Positions 19,721-30,847 are shown, counted from the first letter of the whole stretch. The stretch is DNA of 58,098 nt, filler included, from Barthelona sp. PAP020 (GCA_040182905.1; 3 parts of 3 records of this genome joined end to end with filler, not necessarily neighbours in it); one strand, 5' to 3'. Numbers and translations are program-made. Notes: generated by a model not told the origin, from the sequence alone.

Positions 19721-22570
19721 ATGAAAAGAAATCATCTTAAACCTTTTTGTGATGATATGACTGAAAGATTTAGTTTAGATTTGTTAAAAGAATATGATGA
19801 ATACTATTTGAACAATTATCCATGTTTTTACAGGACCGAAAGTGACACAATAAGTATTGATAGTATAATTCATTTTTGTTCACTTAGTATTTTCATTGAA
19901 CCGCTACAATACAATTTACCCATCATACATATTAATTATAATGAAATAATTGAACATAAAATTATCGAAAATGAGGGAAAATTTCATAATATCAGGGAAA
20001 ATTTATTAGAAATTGATACGAATAGAACTCATGGATTAAGAAGAAATGGATTAAATCATTCTTTTGAAGTTAACAAAAGAAAAAATCAAAGATATTATAT
20101 TTTGTTTAAATATGAACAATGCTCAAAAATTTTTCAATTATATGACTCTTTTATGATTAATAGTGATATAACTCAGTTATCAAATGTGTTAGAACATCGA
20201 CGTTTATTGCAAAATTTTTTTAATGAAACAGTGATTGGGAAAAATGAATTAATGAGCATTACTGAACATCCAAAATTACAGATTAGTTGTAAAGTGTGTT
20301 CATTGGAAGGTAGCGTGCCTTGTAAATTATTGTTAACAGATAAACACATATATTTGAAACCAATTGGATTATTACATGGTGTGAGACTCTTTGTTTATCC
20401 ATTAAGTAAGATATATCATTTTATTGAAAGGATTTATAAGGCAAATACAAAATCAATTGAATTATTTTTCATTTTAAAGAAATTGAAAACACCTAATTTA
20501 TGTCATAATAAGGGTGAAAATTTTGAATTGACGAATGAATTTGATTTTACTCAATTTGATCCAACAATAATTTGGAAAGGAAGCACTTTAGTGTTTTCTT
20601 TTGATAATGAGAATGATTTTTATGATTTTTATAATAATTTGAATGGTTTAATAACTGTACCAGTAATTCCTGATATAAAGACGATATGTTGTCGATGGCA
20701 AAATAAGGAATATGATAATTTTACGTTTTTAATGATTTTAAATCATTTAGGTGGAAGGTCATTCAACATTTCTAGCAGATATCCCGTATTTCCTTGGATT
20801 TTGACTGATTATGTTAGTGAAATTTTGGATTTTTCTGATGATGATATATTCAGAGATTTATCAAAACCGATTGGTGCATTGAATGAGGAACGTTTAGAAT
20901 TGTTTAAGAATAGGTTTTATGCAATGCAAAGCCATCAAATTCTTGCAGATGAATCAAATATTTTCAACATTTCACTTAATTTACAAAATATTCCTTTTTT
21001 ATTTGGTACTCATTATTCATCACCTGGTTATATTTTATTTTTTTTGTTGAGACAATATCCATCATTGCATTTAAGATTTCAAAATGGAATTTTTGATGAC
21101 ATTTCAAGACTATTTAATTCAGTAAATGATACTTGGAATGCCAGTTTGCATGAAACAGATGATGTTAAAGAGTTGATTCCTCAATTCTTTTCTTTAGATT
21201 TTCCAACCAAATGGTTGGAAAGAACCAAAGAATTTCCTGAAGTCAATTTACCTAATTGGGCTGAAAATTCCATTGAAAATTTCATTAACTTGAATAGAAT
21301 TGCATTAGAATCAAATTATGTTTCAAATCATTTGCATTTGTGGGTTGATTTGATTTTTGGAATTAATTCTCGAGGAACCAATGCTTGTAAGGAAAATAAT
21401 GTTTTCTACGCATTAAGTTATCCGCAAAATGCCCGAAATGTTTTGGCAAAATTATATGAATTGAGCTTGAAACGTACTTTATTACAAACGATATATACCC
21501 AACGGTTAGCAATGGAAGTGCAGATTGCTGAATTTGGTCAATGTGTTGAACAATTATTTTTTTCTTCTTGTCCTGAAAGAAACAATTCTCAGACTTTATT
21601 GCTAACTTCACCCATTTTAAGAGAAGCAATTACTCCTTCTTTAACTGAAATTACTTATAAATTAATTAATAAAATTGAAATAAACATGAATAATTTGATT
21701 AATTCCAATATTAAATTTCTTGCTGAAACTTCTTTGGTAATTCTAGCAGATCATTCTTTGATTTACATATGTTCAGATGAAATTAATGTTTTAGATTTCT
21801 CAAAAATTCAAACTTTTGAAATTTTCAATGAAAATTCAATTTTTTTCAATTCAAACAACCAATTGCTATTATATGATCTAACAACTAATGAAGTTTTGTT
21901 TTCCATTGAAGTATCAAATTCAATCAATAAAATATCATACTATTTTCCTTCAAACCAGATAATAATTGGTTGTATGAATGGTGAAATTTATTTATTTGAT
22001 ATTTTAGAAGCAAATAACAAATTTTCACTTGATTTTAGATTCAAATCAGATTGTCATATGAATAGAATTGTTGATTGTTTTATTGTTGATGATGCTAGTT
22101 ATAGTATCGATGTTGAAGGTCAATTAATTGTTGTTGATAATGAAGATGGGCAAATGTTTGATTCTTTAAGTTTAAGTGAACCTTCTTCTGTGTTGGGTGT
22201 CATCCCTTTTGTAAATTCTGCTGAATTATCAACTTCTGATGACTATTTATCTTTTTATGTGTTTAAAAATAGTGGAAATATTGAAGTTTTTGACACAAAT
22301 CTCAATTTAAAAAACAATTTCAAAGTTCAAAATATTCAAAATTTTTCATTGTTTAGTTCTAATAATGTTTTATTGTTTCCTTTGAAGAACTTTTCATTAA
22401 AAGAACAAAAATTCTTGGATGTGAAAATTCCTTTTTTGGAAGAAAAGTTTGCCAGCGCAAAAAGTAAATTTGCTATTTCTGGATTTATCACAAAACACAA
22501 AAAATGTTTCATTGCATTATTAGATGAAACTGCTGGTGATTTGTTTGTTTTGTCTTCAAACGGTAAATGA
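19721..22570 (+). CDS. BEACH-domain/WD40 protein, FAN (NSMAF)-like
   Basis: N-terminal RFSLDLL...YY; BEACH motifs WQ..EYDNFTFLMILN..GGRSFN..SRYPVFPWIL, RDLSKPIGALN, FGTHYSSPG, DVKELIPQFF, VSNHLHLWVDLIFG, EFGQ; degenerate beta-propeller C-terminus. Confidence 0.9.
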   Translation: MKRNHLKPFCDDMTERFSLDLLKEYDEYYLNNYPCFYRTESDTISIDSIIHFCSLSIFIEPLQYNLPIIHINYNEIIEHKIIENEGKFHNIRENLLEIDTNRTHGLRRNGLNHSFEVNKRKNQRYYILFKYEQCSKIFQLYDSFMINSDITQLSNVLEHRRLLQNFFNETVIGKNELMSITEHPKLQISCKVCSLEGSVPCKLLLTDKHIYLKPIGLLHGVRLFVYPLSKIYHFIERIYKANTKSIELFFILKKLKTPNLCHNKGENFELTNEFDFTQFDPTIIWKGSTLVFSFDNENDFYDFYNNLNGLITVPVIPDIKTICCRWQNKEYDNFTFLMILNHLGGRSFNISSRYPVFPWILTDYVSEILDFSDDDIFRDLSKPIGALNEERLELFKNRFYAMQSHQILADESNIFNISLNLQNIPFLFGTHYSSPGYILFFLLRQYPSLHLRFQNGIFDDISRLFNSVNDTWNASLHETDDVKELIPQFFSLDFPTKWLERTKEFPEVNLPNWAENSIENFINLNRIALESNYVSNHLHLWVDLIFGINSRGTNACKENNVFYALSYPQNARNVLAKLYELSLKRTLLQTIYTQRLAMEVQIAEFGQCVEQLFFSSCPERNNSQTLLLTSPILREAITPSLTEITYKLINKIEINMNNLINSNIKFLAETSLVILADHSLIYICSDEINVLDFSKIQTFEIFNENSIFFNSNNQLLLYDLTTNEVLFSIEVSNSINKISYYFPSNQIIIGCMNGEIYLFDILEANNKFSLDFRFKSDCHMNRIVDCFIVDDASYSIDVEGQLIVVDNEDGQMFDSLSLSEPSSVLGVIPFVNSAELSTSDDYLSFYVFKNSGNIEVFDTNLNLKNNFKVQNIQNFSLFSSNNVLLFPLKNFSLKEQKFLDVKIPFLEEKFASAKSKFAISGFITKHKKCFIALLDETAGDLFVLSSNGK

Positions 22571-22745
22571 ATTTTCGTTTTTTTTTTTTCTGTTTTTTGA
22601 GCTTTATTTTCTTCAATTGTGCACTTTATTGTATTTTCATAAAAAATTGTTGATAATATTTGAAAAATGAATGTTTTTAAGTGCTGAATTGCTTCAAAAA
22701 AATCTACAAAAAAAAAAAAAAATTCTCTTTTCCCTAAAACTTACT

Positions 22746-22771
22746 TTATTGACCATTATATTGGTCAATAA
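22746..22771. repeat. Intergenic inverted repeat (10-bp stem, 6-nt loop)
   Basis: TTATTGACCA-ttatat-TGGTCAATAA. Confidence 0.6.
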
Positions 22772-22913
22772 TAAGATTGTGTTTATTAAACAACAGTAAA
22801 AACTTTTCAAAAAAAATGATGGGTTACAACAAATCACATCCTGAATTTACAGATGATGGGTCAAGTTTTCGATAAACTCACAAGAATCATTTATTACTTT
22901 TTGTATTTCAAAA

Positions 22914-23612
22914 ATGAGAATAGTCCACTTTTTCATTGCTGCATTATTGATCGTCGGATCTTTAGCTTGTGACACCTATGTTTGTCAAGGAAAGAACAAG
23001 GATATCAGAGCATTATTGAGCCAAATGGGTTATGCTGGTTTCCTTCCAAAGAAAGATGTTTGTAATCATGCCTTCTATTCCCAAATGGTTAACTGTGAAA
23101 ACGGTATTGTCAAGTATATTTCTCTTAAGGATATGGGACTTCCTGGAAAGGGTCCTGACCATCGTTTACCTTCTGTCATCAAGTGCTTCCCCGAATTAAA
23201 GTATCTCAGACTCGGTGGAAACAAACTTCAACACTTAAACCACAGATTACTTGATCTTGAATTCCTTCAAACCTTGGAAATTGAAAATAACAATTTCTGC
23301 TATTTGGAATTCGTTCGTGATTTACCTTTCCTTCAACATGTTCTTGCTAACGGTAATGAAGTTTCTGGTTACAACTCACTTATGCCTTACACTCTTCCCA
23401 TTGTTAAATCTTTTGACATGGATGGCTGGAAATTTACAAACCAACAATTATGGAAACTCGTCAAGAGATTAATTGATAACACCAGTATTGTTCCCGAAAA
23501 TGGTCGTGTTGTCATTCATGAAAATCATGGTTGGACTTGCCCCAGCGAATCTTGGTGGATTGGAAAGATTGGAGCCACTAGATACAACTATGTTTTATGC
23601 AAGGCTGACTAA
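22914..23612 (+). CDS. Secreted leucine-rich repeat protein
   Basis: Signal peptide MRIVHFFIAALLIVGSLA; Cys-containing LRR N-cap; LKYLRLGGNKL, LQTLEIENNNF, LQHVLANGNEV repeats. Confidence 0.8.
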   Translation: MRIVHFFIAALLIVGSLACDTYVCQGKNKDIRALLSQMGYAGFLPKKDVCNHAFYSQMVNCENGIVKYISLKDMGLPGKGPDHRLPSVIKCFPELKYLRLGGNKLQHLNHRLLDLEFLQTLEIENNNFCYLEFVRDLPFLQHVLANGNEVSGYNSLMPYTLPIVKSFDMDGWKFTNQQLWKLVKRLIDNTSIVPENGRVVIHENHGWTCPSESWWIGKIGATRYNYVLCKAD

Positions 23613-23829
23613 GTAATTATTGGTCACAATAATTGAAACTAATAAATGTGTGTACCTTTGTTATTTTACTCTTTTCACAAAAGTAATTTCAAAATATCAT
23701 TTTGTTGAGAAGAAATTGCAAGAAAATTTGTTTTCATGGTTCAAAATTTGTCAAAGTGGAAGCACATATTTTGAAATTTTTTGAAAAAAAAAATTAAAAC
23801 AAAACTTTCAAAAAGACTATTTACAACAA

Positions 23830-24432
23830 TTAACAAGCACATCCTTTAGAGTCTTCTTCAATAATTGTTTCAGTTTCAATATTATCAGTCATGGAAAAAG
23901 GATTTAAATCACCATTTAAGGTTTTTTTGTAAATTTCAAGGGCAACATTTTCAAAGGCCTCATGCACATTATGACCTGTAGCTGCAGATGTTTCCATGAA
24001 TATTAAACCATTTTCTTCCGCATACAATTTAGCTTTTTGTGTCGGAACAACAGGCTCATCTCCATTGTCTTTTTGATTTCCAATCAAAAAAATAACAGAA
24101 TTGGAATTACAATTTGCATGAACTTCTTCTAAAACTGAGGGGACTGCTTCAAATGTGGATGGCTCATTTACATTATAAACAATAATAACACCATGAGTAT
24201 CTCTAAAATAAACACGTGCAATGGAGCGAAATCGTTCGCTTCCTGCACAATCCCAAATTTGCATTCTAACATTTGTATCTGATATGACTAAATATGTAGA
24301 TCCATGATTAACCCCAATAGTTTGAGGAACTTTATCAATGAATTGATTTCTTAAAAATCTGTTCATTAATGATGTCTTTCCAACACTAGCTGATCCAACT
24401 AGTACAACTTTAAATACTGATTTCGTTGTCAT
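23830..24432 (-). CDS. Rab GTPase, divergent Rab2/4/14-like
   Basis: GSASVGKT, TIGV, QIWDCAGSERFRSI, NQKD, ETSA, C-terminal CAC prenylation motif. Confidence 0.92.
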   Translation of the reverse strand: MTTKSVFKVVLVGSASVGKTSLMNRFLRNQFIDKVPQTIGVNHGSTYLVISDTNVRMQIWDCAGSERFRSIARVYFRDTHGVIIVYNVNEPSTFEAVPSVLEEVHANCNSNSVIFLIGNQKDNGDEPVVPTQKAKLYAEENGLIFMETSAATGHNVHEAFENVALEIYKKTLNGDLNPFSMTDNIETETIIEEDSKGCAC

Positions 24433-24782
24433 ATAACAATAAATGAAAAGATTTTCTTTTCGTCATCATTTTTTTTTAATTTTTTTTTTTCCTGAATTTG
24501 AAATAAATACCCTGATTTATTCATGTTCAAATGATGAATAACCGAAATTAATAAAAAAATTCTTTTGTTATCAAATTCCATATTTTTACAAATTCTCCTT
24601 TGACAAGAAATATATATTTTAAAAAAAAAAAAAAGAAAAATGTGATTTATTTGACAAAATTTGTACATAGACAACAGAAAATTTAGAAAACCAAAAAAAA
24701 GAGACTTAAAAATTTTACAAAACGAAAGCAACAAAAAATACACAATCTCATCAGGCTATCCATTTCAAGAACAATAATAGAA

Positions 24783-26426
24783 CTAAAATTTTAATTCAAC
24801 ATTGTTATCCTGAGCCCATTTCTTGATAACAATGATCATTTGTTGAGACCTTTCAGTCATGCTTTCACGCAAAAAGTCAACAAGATCAGATAAATATGTG
24901 GTAGGTTCTTCTCCTCTGACTATCTGTCTGAAACAACCAGCAATGGAAGCAATCTTTCCATCCAATAAACTATCATCTGGATTCAATCTTTCCAAAGTGC
25001 TGAAAGTTTTTGCGGCAAAATAAAACAAACGTTCTTCAAAACAATCATTGGCAATGAGATGTAACAAAAATTGACCTAAACCTGGATGACTACATTTATG
25101 GTAAAGGTTCCAAGCATCTTGTGGGCGTCCACATTTAATAAAGCACCTGCACAACCAAGCCAAATAACTGTCATACGTTAGTTCATCTTCCACTTGAACT
25201 TTCAACAATTCTTCCAATGCTTTATCAAAATTTCCATACGCAGCCAAAGCAATTCCATAATTATGATGAAATGGGTCTTCACCTTCACATAGTTCAGCGA
25301 TAGAATCAAGAAATAATGCAGCATTTTTGTAGTCATTATCAAGCAGATAAAAAGATGCCATTGCTTTTCGTCCATTGGCAGTTTGCTTGGCATCCTTACT
25401 TTCTCCAATAGTTTTATATAATTTTGCTGCATGTTCAAAATACTTGTAACCATCATCTTCCAATTGTCCATAGGCAGTGAAAGCGGCAGCTTGAACCAAA
25501 CGATATTGATTCAAATGGTATGTCATTGCATTGACTAATTGTAAGGCTTCTAATGCTTGACCTTTTGACAAATAATTGATTGCCAAATTAATACGAGACA
25601 ATTCATTTCCAGAATCAATCAAAGGTCTCAACAACTTATGAGCTTCTTCCCCATTCCTCAATGCAACTAAATTATTAATAACCATGGGATCATCAGGACA
25701 ACTTTGTAAAAGGGGATGAAGAATCTGCAAACCTGCTTGTGGCCCTTCTCTAAGTGCAACGCATGCAGCTTTAATACAAATGCCTCGGATAGAATCTGGA
25801 TTCTCTCTTAAATAAAGATTTGTGACATCATAAGCCATCTTAATATTATTTTGACGAAAACTACACATAGCTAATAAGATTTGTAAGGCCTTGTAATCAT
25901 TATGTTCACGTAAAGCAGCCTGGTAATTGTTCAAGGCCTGTGTAAAACTACCACGCTTTGTGTGAATCGCAGCCAATGACATATTATCTAAAGTTCCTGC
26001 AGATAAACTTTGCATTGTTTCTCTTATTATGTCAGCACGCTCCAATTGATTTGCTGCATGAATGAGCAATCTCTTTTGCAAATTACTTTCAGGTCCCATC
26101 TGAGCAGTGCTCAAACAATCTTCATATTGATGTAACCAATAATAACAGCAAGATAAATACAAATATAAATTTTTGTCTGCTTCTCCATCATCTGATTGAA
26201 TTAATTCGGTGTAAATGGTTCCCGCTTTATTATAATCTTCACCATGAAAAGCACAATAAGCAAGCCATAATTTTTGTTCATAACTAAAATTTCCATCATT
26301 CTTCTCTTGAAACTCAAGTAAAGTTATAGCCCCACTAAAATCACGCTTTTCTATAAATTCATGCAATGAAGGAATATCCTTGCTTTGTCCTGGCAAACCA
26401 ATAACCGATTTTAATGGTGTGGTCAT
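24783..26426 (-). CDS. IFT56: Intraflagellar transport protein 56 (TTC26/DYF-13)
   Basis: IPSLHEFIEKRDFSGAITLLEF, LWLAYCAFH, GRKAMAS, YLAWLCRCFI...P..AW.LY, LIANDC...FYFAAK.F..LERL, IKKWA; ATG at 26426 preferred. Confidence 0.92.
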   Translation of the reverse strand: MTTPLKSVIGLPGQSKDIPSLHEFIEKRDFSGAITLLEFQEKNDGNFSYEQKLWLAYCAFHGEDYNKAGTIYTELIQSDDGEADKNLYLYLSCCYYWLHQYEDCLSTAQMGPESNLQKRLLIHAANQLERADIIRETMQSLSAGTLDNMSLAAIHTKRGSFTQALNNYQAALREHNDYKALQILLAMCSFRQNNIKMAYDVTNLYLRENPDSIRGICIKAACVALREGPQAGLQILHPLLQSCPDDPMVINNLVALRNGEEAHKLLRPLIDSGNELSRINLAINYLSKGQALEALQLVNAMTYHLNQYRLVQAAAFTAYGQLEDDGYKYFEHAAKLYKTIGESKDAKQTANGRKAMASFYLLDNDYKNAALFLDSIAELCEGEDPFHHNYGIALAAYGNFDKALEELLKVQVEDELTYDSYLAWLCRCFIKCGRPQDAWNLYHKCSHPGLGQFLLHLIANDCFEERLFYFAAKTFSTLERLNPDDSLLDGKIASIAGCFRQIVRGEEPTTYLSDLVDFLRESMTERSQQMIIVIKKWAQDNNVELKF

Positions 26427-26608
26427 TTTCAAATGCAAAAATAAAATTAAATGAAAACCAATTTTTTTTTTATTTTGGAACATCCTTTGATTTCTCATTG
26501 AGAAACATGCAATGAATTTTTAAACAACAGCTGTGTGTACATGTTCCACAAAAAAAGGATTCTGATTTCAAAAATGACAAATGCCTGCAACTTGTTTTAT
26601 TTATTATT

Positions 26609-27340
26609 ATGGTGCAAAATTATTCAAGTTTGATTGATTATGCCATTCAACAAAATTTAATTCCTCCCTATTCACCAAAAAGTTGCAGTGTTCGAAATGC
26701 ATCTTCCTTGTTGAGTTTGTTAAAAAAACAATATGATGATTTACCGATAATAAGTTTGACAGAGCTTGTACAAGAAGATGAAGATACAATTCATTCGCTT
26801 AAAATGTTCATGGCTAAAAAGTCGGAATTTCAGAACACACCACAAGAATCTGATATCAAAACATGTATGATTTCTAAATATAATGACGAAATATTAGTTC
26901 TTTCTCAGAAAGATGAAGAAATTCACCAACTAAACCAACAATTGTTTAATGCACATCAAGAAATGTTAGAAAGTACAAAACAAATTGAATTATACACAAA
27001 AAGGAATAATTCCCTCAGAGAAAATTTGGAAAAAAAAAATAAGCAATTTATTCTGTTAACTGAACAATTTGATTCCTTGTTTAATGATTTAACTCGGGTA
27101 AAGACCACATTTGAAGAAGTTAAACGCTGTAAAAAAATTAAAAAAAAAAAAAAAATGAATAATGAGTTTGATTCAAAAAAGAAAACCATCGATAAATATT
27201 TTGAAATTGAATTCAATGCAGATTTGAAAAGGAAAAAGAGATTTTTTTTTCTGATTCTCATCATTTGTTTTGTTTTTTGGATATTTTTTGAAATTCTATT
27301 TCAAATATGCAAAGGAGATGCAAAATGGGTTGTTCTGTGA
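26609..27340 (+). CDS. Coiled-coil protein with C-terminal transmembrane helix (tail-anchored)
   Basis: Heptad-rich middle, basic patch KRKKR, hydrophobic FFFLILIICFVFWIFFEILF, short tail. Confidence 0.65.
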   Translation: MVQNYSSLIDYAIQQNLIPPYSPKSCSVRNASSLLSLLKKQYDDLPIISLTELVQEDEDTIHSLKMFMAKKSEFQNTPQESDIKTCMISKYNDEILVLSQKDEEIHQLNQQLFNAHQEMLESTKQIELYTKRNNSLRENLEKKNKQFILLTEQFDSLFNDLTRVKTTFEEVKRCKKIKKKKKMNNEFDSKKKTIDKYFEIEFNADLKRKKRFFFLILIICFVFWIFFEILFQICKGDAKWVVL

Positions 27341-27381
27341 AAATAAATGAGTTTTTTTGTTATTATTAAGTTTAATGTTTG

Positions 27382-27687
27382 ATGATCTTTGTCGATTATG
27401 GATTTATAATTTCAAGTTCACCTTTATATGATGACAGAAAGAGTTGGGTTGTAGATACAACATTTGAAATTTTAGAAATTGATTATAAAAACCATCCATA
27501 TTGTCTACCTTTAAAAAATCCAATTTATGTTCCACAACATGGTGACGTTATTCAGTTTCGTGGAAAATTAAAAGAAACAAAAACGAAGGAAGGTAATGTT
27601 GTAAGAAAAGTTTCTTGCACAATTGTAAAGAAGGTTTCAATCAATGAAGCTTTATTATTTTGGAATAAAAAGAATGAATTTGAATAA
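27382..27687 (+). CDS. Small single OB-fold protein (RPA2/STN1/TEN1/RMI2-like)
   Basis: Pattern VDYGFII...WVVD...GDVIQFRGKL...RKVSCTIVKKV plus a C-terminal helix is typical of RPA-family OB folds. Confidence 0.55.
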   Translation: MIFVDYGFIISSSPLYDDRKSWVVDTTFEILEIDYKNHPYCLPLKNPIYVPQHGDVIQFRGKLKETKTKEGNVVRKVSCTIVKKVSINEALLFWNKKNEFE

Positions 27688-28460
27688 TAAAATTTATCAG
27701 CACCGATTTTCTAATTCATCAAAGAAACATGATTTGTTGATTTTTTTAATCATGACAGCATATTTTTTGAAATATTTGGTTACTTCAATATTATTCAGGT
27801 TTTTCAAAAAGCCAAGAACTTTGGTTTTTTTTGTTTTTTCTACAATTCAAAAAAAAAATCTGTTTTTCACCAAATGAGACCATCTATCACTGTTTTATTT
27901 TGTTTTTAAAAAGACCCAATGACCAAATTTGACATGTTCATCAGTCAATTAAAGAAAACTTTTTGTTGTGTAAAAATTCATTGTTTGTCTTGTTTAAGAA
28001 ATCTTTGCCTTGTTACCTTTTGCAGACTTAAAGCTTCAGTGGACCTTATATCTCACAACATGATTTGTTTAAACATTTTCTGTGAGGAGAAAACCACCAA
28101 ACTCAACAATTTTTGTTTCCACAGCAATTTATTATTTTTCATTTCAGATGACAAAGATTTGGGATTGGAAATTGTTATTACGCATATTTTACGGAAAAAG
28201 AGGAAAATTGTTTGGTTCTTTTTTTTTTTTTTGAAGCCAGAGAGAATCATTTTTTTCCCAGGTGAGGACAAATGTTTATTCTTCCAAACAAACAACTGAA
28301 AAGTTAACACTGGGATTTTATCCAAGATTTGTTACCACCATCACCCCAAAACAAATGGTCAGGCGAATAATTTGTCATGACAGTTCACTATGTTATGTTC
28401 ACAAAGAACATAAACAGATAAAAAAAAAAATTTTTTATTGACAAATGCTATAAATTAGAA

Positions 28461-30749
28461 TCAAACAAACCCAAAACCAACACCAGCTTTGATAGCTATT
28501 AACAATTTTTCCTTTAATTCAGTAATTGTTTCATAAGGAGGAAGATACAAAGTGTAACTGCAAGTCGATGCGGTAGGCAAACCAGAGACATTACCATGAA
28601 TTCTAACGTTTAGTGATTTATCTTTAAATCCAGCGAAAGGAGGAAAAGTTAAACCTGTGAAAAATTTTAAAAAAAGAGATCTTTCTTCATTGCTAAATTC
28701 CTCCAGAACATAAAACAAATTTTCAAAAGTTTTGTGCTCAATGTTTGGAAAGAATTGAGCGGCCATCATGAATTGTTCAGTCGAAAAACCAACAGCAGCA
28801 GAACCACTGAGAATCATTGAGAGTTCGGAACTTGAAAAGAATTGACTTTTAGAACCTAAGATTTGTTCAATTCCATGAACAATCAAACTGTATTCATGCT
28901 GATATTTGGTGTAGCAAATGTATTCAGCTGAATTCAAAATGAATGTCAATTTGTTATTGGATGTCACAACTGTCTCTTCTGTACTCAAAACAACATTTCT
29001 TCCATCAATAGGATCTGGTATTGTGTATGGTAATTGCATATTTTCAACTGTTCCAGGATCCATCTCAAAAATAGACTTAAGATACTTTGCAACACTTGGA
29101 AATAAACCAAAAAGGTCTTCTAAATGACTAAATGGTTCCTTAGTAATCATTCTCCACAAGGTATTTGATAGTTTTGCCGATAAAGAAAACCCTTCATTCA
29201 AATGTAATGCAATAATGCAACCAAAGAATATATAATACTTACTTGGTATATTATCGATCAAATTAGGAAGTAAACAGGTTTTTTCTTCTCTAAATAAAAG
29301 CTCCACCAACTGACTTCCACAATTACTCAGCCAATCACGATACAACCCGCCTGCATCAAACCCTAGTTCATTGGGATATGAAATTTGAAAGGAACATCCC
29401 TGAGTTGCCCTGGCTATCACTTGATCGCAAGAATCTTCCAAAAATTTATCCCTGTTTATGGACAAACTAAATCGGTTGTAAGATCTCTTATTCACCTCAT
29501 CATTAAATAATCTTGAAATACGAACATTCAATGGAATGAGTATCCAAAATCGTTCCAAAAGGTTAGAAATTAGCAAAGGAACTTGATGTCCTTTATTAAA
29601 TCGATTGTATTTCAATAAAATAGAATTTCCTTTTAGCTTAAGTGGAGTTATGGAAAAATTACTTGACAGTGATATGATAAAACTGATAACAGAGTTAATA
29701 ATCTGTAAAAGAATGTTATCTAAATTGTGAAAAAATAATTCTTCATAATCAGAATATGATTCACACACATCAATAACTGCAAAACCAATTGAAATCAAAA
29801 AATTAGCTTTAAAATCAAACAATGACATTAGGGAAGTGCTTTTGGCAAGTAAAAATGCAAAAGAGATCAATTGTAACGATGAATACATTTCGAATGATTG
29901 ATTTGAAATCAAAGTGTCTTTAGCAATTTTCCACAATTCAACTTGGGATGAAAAACCAATATTTATCAGATTACATGCAAAATATGGAGATAATTCAATA
30001 ATTCTCACAGAAGTCAATTCTTTATCCTTCAAAATTGTACCCAATAACTCACTTGCTTTAACATCATCACGATACTTAAAATTACAAATGTTTTGAGAAA
30101 ATTCACGAAAAATTCCATTCAAAAAATGCCATTTAAAATGCTTGTTTTTAATTATTTCGGATTCATAAAGTAGTTGTGTAGTTGTCATTTTTTCAAGTTC
30201 TAGAAACGGATATACTAAAGCATAAGATAATTGCCAACAACACTTTTGAAAAAATATTTCAAAAAAAATCAATTTTTCATCACAATAACTAGTTTCAAAA
30301 AGTGTTTTTGCAAAATAATAACTACAAATAAATTTCGTTTTATCATCACATAAATTCAATTTCATTACACATAATTTTTCGTTAAAAAGCTTTGAATGAT
30401 TTGACAACAAGTAAAAAAAAAGATAATTTTCCGTAAACTCCTTGGAACGACTTAAAATCAATTGATTAAAAATTAATCTGTAATATTTATCAATAATTAA
30501 ATGCTTTCCATAACAATTTTGCAGCAAATTTATTATTTTTATGGATGGAAAATTTTCTTTGGCAATCAACTCGAATTTTTCTTCTACATCTTGCATTTTA
30601 CTTAATAAATTTCTAAAATATTCCACAATAATCAAAGAATTTTGTTTTTCAAAAGATTCATTCAATATAGAACTCATAAAATTATCGACATTGTAAAACT
30701 TCTTTGTATTTTTTCCCCGTAAATCAACTTTCTTTGGACGCTTTAACAT
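28461..30749 (-). CDS. HECT E3 ubiquitin ligase (UBE3B/C-like)
   Basis: INRDKFLED, ELGFDAGGLYRDW, FLKFFTG, LPTASTC (catalytic Cys) ..LYLPPY, C-terminal GFGF; ATG at 30749. Confidence 0.9.
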   Translation of the reverse strand: MLKRPKKVDLRGKNTKKFYNVDNFMSSILNESFEKQNSLIIVEYFRNLLSKMQDVEEKFELIAKENFPSIKIINLLQNCYGKHLIIDKYYRLIFNQLILSRSKEFTENYLFFYLLSNHSKLFNEKLCVMKLNLCDDKTKFICSYYFAKTLFETSYCDEKLIFFEIFFQKCCWQLSYALVYPFLELEKMTTTQLLYESEIIKNKHFKWHFLNGIFREFSQNICNFKYRDDVKASELLGTILKDKELTSVRIIELSPYFACNLINIGFSSQVELWKIAKDTLISNQSFEMYSSLQLISFAFLLAKSTSLMSLFDFKANFLISIGFAVIDVCESYSDYEELFFHNLDNILLQIINSVISFIISLSSNFSITPLKLKGNSILLKYNRFNKGHQVPLLISNLLERFWILIPLNVRISRLFNDEVNKRSYNRFSLSINRDKFLEDSCDQVIARATQGCSFQISYPNELGFDAGGLYRDWLSNCGSQLVELLFREEKTCLLPNLIDNIPSKYYIFFGCIIALHLNEGFSLSAKLSNTLWRMITKEPFSHLEDLFGLFPSVAKYLKSIFEMDPGTVENMQLPYTIPDPIDGRNVVLSTEETVVTSNNKLTFILNSAEYICYTKYQHEYSLIVHGIEQILGSKSQFFSSSELSMILSGSAAVGFSTEQFMMAAQFFPNIEHKTFENLFYVLEEFSNEERSLFLKFFTGLTFPPFAGFKDKSLNVRIHGNVSGLPTASTCSYTLYLPPYETITELKEKLLIAIKAGVGFGFV

Positions 30750-30847
30750 TGTTGAAAAAAAATAAAAAACAAAACAACAAACAAAAAAAGAAACGTTGTT
30801 TATGAAAAAAAATTTGTCAATTGAAATACTCAAGAATGTATCAATAT

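Noticed and set aside
24429..24743. 104-aa minus-strand ORF
   Set aside because: Non-ATG start; F/K-rich translation of homopolymer tracts in a spacer
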